From Marsupella aquatica (taxonomy: Eukaryota > Plantae > Marchantiophyta): a DNA stretch of 64,000 nt. A model generated the notes under the pieces. It was not told where the DNA came from. It did no database searches and worked only from the letters and a program-made list of their open reading frames with translations. Each line of letters opens with the position of its first letter. Within the stretch, counting starts at the first letter, position 1. The stretch spans positions 30,139,112-30,203,111 of the forward strand of contig OZ316891.1 of NCBI GenBank assembly GCA_973895155.1. The letters are read 5' to 3'. Shown here piece after piece: positions 60,176 through 64,000 of the stretch. A program made the position numbers and the translations under genes.

Positions 60176-63100
60176 TATGTAAAATATGTTTTTGTGTGTT
60201 ATGTCACTCACTCTTAATTAACAGATATTAAAGTTTTTGGCATGTACCTACTTCTTTTATCGTAAAGCCTTTCATGACTTTTCTTTTTGTATATTTGAGC
60301 GCATTAATTCTCCATAATGCACCCCTTTTTTTGAGGAGGGGATTATACAAAACACCATAAATATAGTAAAAGTAATAATTAAATATAGTTTTGCCATACA
60401 CAAAAAAATATTAAATTTAGTCAAGATCTCAAGATGATAACCAAATCTTATATGGTGATATGAACAAAATATCTATAATAGAATCTAATATAACTCAAGA
60501 ACGTATATTTTTGACCAATTCCATAGCAATTATTTATTGGATTAATTTTTAATTCACTTTTTCTTGTTTGTTATCTAAAAGTCACTCAAGTTTTTACATA
60601 CATTAATGTCCTAATTATGGGCATTATGGAAATAATGCCCTCAAAACTTGGAGAGTTGTAGGTAGCTTTCACGGTAGGAGTTTGTCCTGTATATAGATCA
60701 ACAGGATATTCTCGTCATGGACCATTGGATAATCTCTAGCGTGGGCTTTTTCACTGGCTGGTCTTAGGGAGTGTGCTGCTCCCCCTAGAGTGGGTGAACG
60801 TCTTGCTGAGCTATCCCCCTGTTGAGGCCTCTCTTCTATCTTGGTGCAGGCTCCCCCAGCCTCTAGCAGTTGGACCCTTGGGTGTTGTGCCCCCCTTTGT
60901 GGGCCTCCCTGTTGTATGGTGTCTCTTTGAATGGATCTAAATTGGATGTTTCAAGGAAAAAGATAGGTGCCCATATTTATATGCATTATTTCTCTCTCAT
61001 TTACTAGAGTAGATCAAAGCTTTCTCCATCGGAATCTAAATACTGTGTCCGAGAGATACTGTATTGGAATCTAAATGGAGTGGCAAAGGAGAGCTCTAGG
61101 ATAGCAAGATTTATCTAAACTAAGTGTGAAAAGTAGAGCTGACAGCAAGATTCAAAACATTGAGAGAGACTCCAAACAAAATAATTCAGATACTAAAAAT
61201 CACAAAAGATGCACCTTGTTATGGCACATTGAAACAAAGATACACAGAGAAAATCTTAGTAAGACAAAATATTGAAAGGTGGACGGCCATCATTGGTAAT
61301 CAACTAATGGACAGTTTAGGCATTAGAAACAAACCAGGGCCTAGTTAAGTTAAGCAACTGCAATAAGTTTCTTCTCAAGGAACCAATTCAGTTAGTCATT
61401 GTCTCCATCTGTATGTTCAAACAAAGCTGAAGTCACCTTCCTTTTCCTTATTGAAGTTTATTAGAAACAGAAAAGTTTGGTGAGTGCATACAATAGTTAA
61501 ATCAAACAGGTTTACCAGGAGAAGTGGATGGCCCTTTCAATTCTTTTCCTTCGTTTTTGAGAGCTTCAATTTGTCCAGAGTGTCATATTAGCAGTGATCT
61601 CCAGCCACAAACTCTTTCTATGTATATCACACTGCCAAAACAGATAAAAGATGTCAAACTGGGAGACATGATCCCAAACAGGAGACCCAATAATGGGCAG
61701 AAAACAAGAGAAAAGGCTAGGAAGACCAAAGAGCTAAAATGCCCTAACACATCTGTCTCCTCACAACTACAATCAATTGTCTTATCTTGCACACATACAT
61801 ACCAGGTGCCAGTAAATAATTATACTATGCCGCTGGTCAAGATCATGAGAAATATGGTAACAACTAAGGTAACTGATGTCAAGGCACCTCATCACTTGTC
61901 AGTCTTGCTCACATGAGGAACAAGGGGAGCCACAAGAAGAAACTCCCTGTATTCTCCCCTTTGTAGTGAGTTTCAGGATTCCCGGCTTGTCTGAAGCTTC
62001 ATTCTCTCCTTTATTGGATCTGGATCTCCTCTCTGAGTTTCTGTTCATAGCAAAATTGCTAGATTCCCAAAACTGATGTTCCCATGGACCAAGCCTATGA
62101 ACCAAGCAAACCCCCATTGGATTTTCTCATCGTTTAGACTTCACTCATTGACAACCTTCTTGTTTCAAAATGATTTCAGCAGCAGAGTTTGACCTTCAAT
62201 ATCTTCTTGACATCCAACAAAATTGGCTCTTTTTGGACTAGACAAAAGTTTGAAAAAACCTCCCAATTAGTCTAATATCTCTAGTTTTCATAAAGAATTG
62301 AGAACTCATGAATTTATAAACATTACGCCATCACTACAGTAGTTGTCCACATGTAAGTGCTTCCAAAAGCTTTAGAGTAGCTAACCTTACATTATGTGTC
62401 AAATGGAATCTTCTTCTTTTTCGGTTTGTCAGAAATAACTTTGCGATAGACTAATATCATCAAATGTCATTGAGAATTCAGAGCTGTACAAGTTTTGAAC
62501 GATGATTGTCTGCCTTTCTTGTCACATTTCACCCATCAATGTAATATGTGCTATACGAGCAAACAGATTTTTGCCACATTTTACCCCTCAATTTAACATG
62601 TACTATATGAGCAATTTTTTGGCCACACTTTACCACTCAATGTAATATGTACTATATGAGCAAAAACAATTTTTTGCTGCAGTCATTTGGGTTGCAAAAT
62701 TTTATCGAAGTAATTTGGCAAACATGGAGCTCCATCTGGGCTGCAATTTCTAGATTTCATGGGTCTCGATCATTTGCCATTGTTTTGTGTCCCGTTAGTT
62801 AGTTTGCCTCCTAGCTGCTGGCTCAGTTGCCAAAACATGATGGTTATCTTCATATCTGAGAACTTAATCTAGTAAAATTATATAAAGAATATTTTTAGCA
62901 CTCTTGCCTTCACACAAGGTGACATATGAGGCATGGCAAATAAAGAAATATTCTTAGCATTTTCTCATTGACATTCGCCACCATATGTCTCTTGCCTTTG
63001 GAATGCTACGAGAGCTCTCCTATTCTTTTGCCATCTGATACATACTTCGAGGCAGGACTCATGTTTTAAGAGAGTTGCAGTCTGAGTTGCAGTCTCATCC

Positions 63101-63728
63101 TTAGTGCACCTTCCCCTCCAATCTTAAGGGCTCTCACTATTGATCTAAATCGAACTAAAACCAATAAGCATGGGAACAAAAGCAAAAGAGGACAAACACC
63201 AAAGAAGACAAATGCAACAAGGACAACCAAATAAGAAAAAGAAAAGAAAGGGGGAAATGGAAACATTGTCAGCAACGTACATGTAAGCGTGTGTGGACAA
63301 GGTTGCCTCGGTGAGAGTAGGAGTGGGCAAACCAATAACAATAAGAAAGTGAAAATGGAAATTGAATTTATAATTGAAGGGGTACAGTGAAAAATGAAGG
63401 ATGGGCAAGAACAAACATTAAATACAAGGTAAAGAAGAGCTATAGTACAACAGAATAAAAACATTAAGAGGGGGCCCAACAATACAAAAGATGCACCTTG
63501 TCTCGCGCATGCTGAAGTCATCATACATATCAAAAAATCTGATTATAGCAAAAGACAGAAAAATGAAGGCCAATAATAAGGGAGTCACTAGGAATGACAG
63601 TACTGAATACTGAATTTTGATCAAAATAGAAGTGTGAGAAAATCTAGCCCAGTTGGAAATGACAATAAGCATTTTACGAAGCATCGTACTTGAACTCGAC
63701 TCCTTCAACCGAGCCTTTATTAGTGCCT

Positions 63729-63892
63729 TCAAGACACTTGACAATGATCACGTAACAGGAGTTTCACCTTTCGATCAGTGATCAGCTTCTGAAGTACTTC
63801 AACTTGAGCGCTGATGGAAGATACTTTTTGATCTTCCAGCAACCATCTGCTCTGCTGACTAGTTCTCGAACCCCTGACAGAGCCGACTGCAC
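63729..63892 (-). CDS. Possible terminal exon of a minus-strand gene continuing beyond the window
   Basis: Acceptor AATCAG|GT, then an open frame AVGSVRGSRTSQQSRWLLEDQKVSSISAQVEVLQKLITDRKVKLLLRDHCQVS*. No recognised homology. Confidence 0.3.
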
Positions 63893-64000
63893 CTGATTCG
63901 TGTTTTCAGTCGGCCCTGAGACTTTAAGGGTTAGTCACTCAAAGAATATGTGCCTAGTTAATGTACAGACTTCTAGTCAGGAATCTCCCCTGAAAAATTA

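Noticed and set aside
63066-63744. Hydrophobic ORFs 63066..63533 and 63418..63744 as membrane proteins
   Set aside because: They are antisense translations of A-rich low-complexity DNA, with no motif support.

Overview
Eukaryotic nuclear DNA from a land plant. A non-seed lineage (bryophyte, lycophyte or fern) is inferred from gene structure and transposable element (TE) content, not proven. There are three host genes: a 5-exon GDSL esterase/lipase (+), a 23-exon bifunctional lysine-ketoglutarate reductase/saccharopine dehydrogenase (+), and an intronless U-box/ARM E3 ligase (-). They lie among two related Ty1/copia LTR retrotransposons: a decayed copy cut by the left window edge, and a very young intact copy at 51071-57655 with TSD, PBS and PPT. 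There is also a TSD-bounded CRE-type (RT + restriction-like endonuclease) non-LTR element whose 5' end is a 197-bp tandem array, plus LINE/SINE relics and many tandem duplications. Main leads: (1) both diverged copia elements have an in-frame UGA at the same gag/pol position, followed by a conserved coding spacer and a similarly placed stem-loop, suggesting programmed stop-codon readthrough; both also have a non-canonical D-C-A protease motif. (2) A ~118-bp dyad-symmetric DNA module is shared, with identical spacing, between the 197-bp repeats of the non-LTR element and the copia leader. All coordinates and alignments were read by eye.
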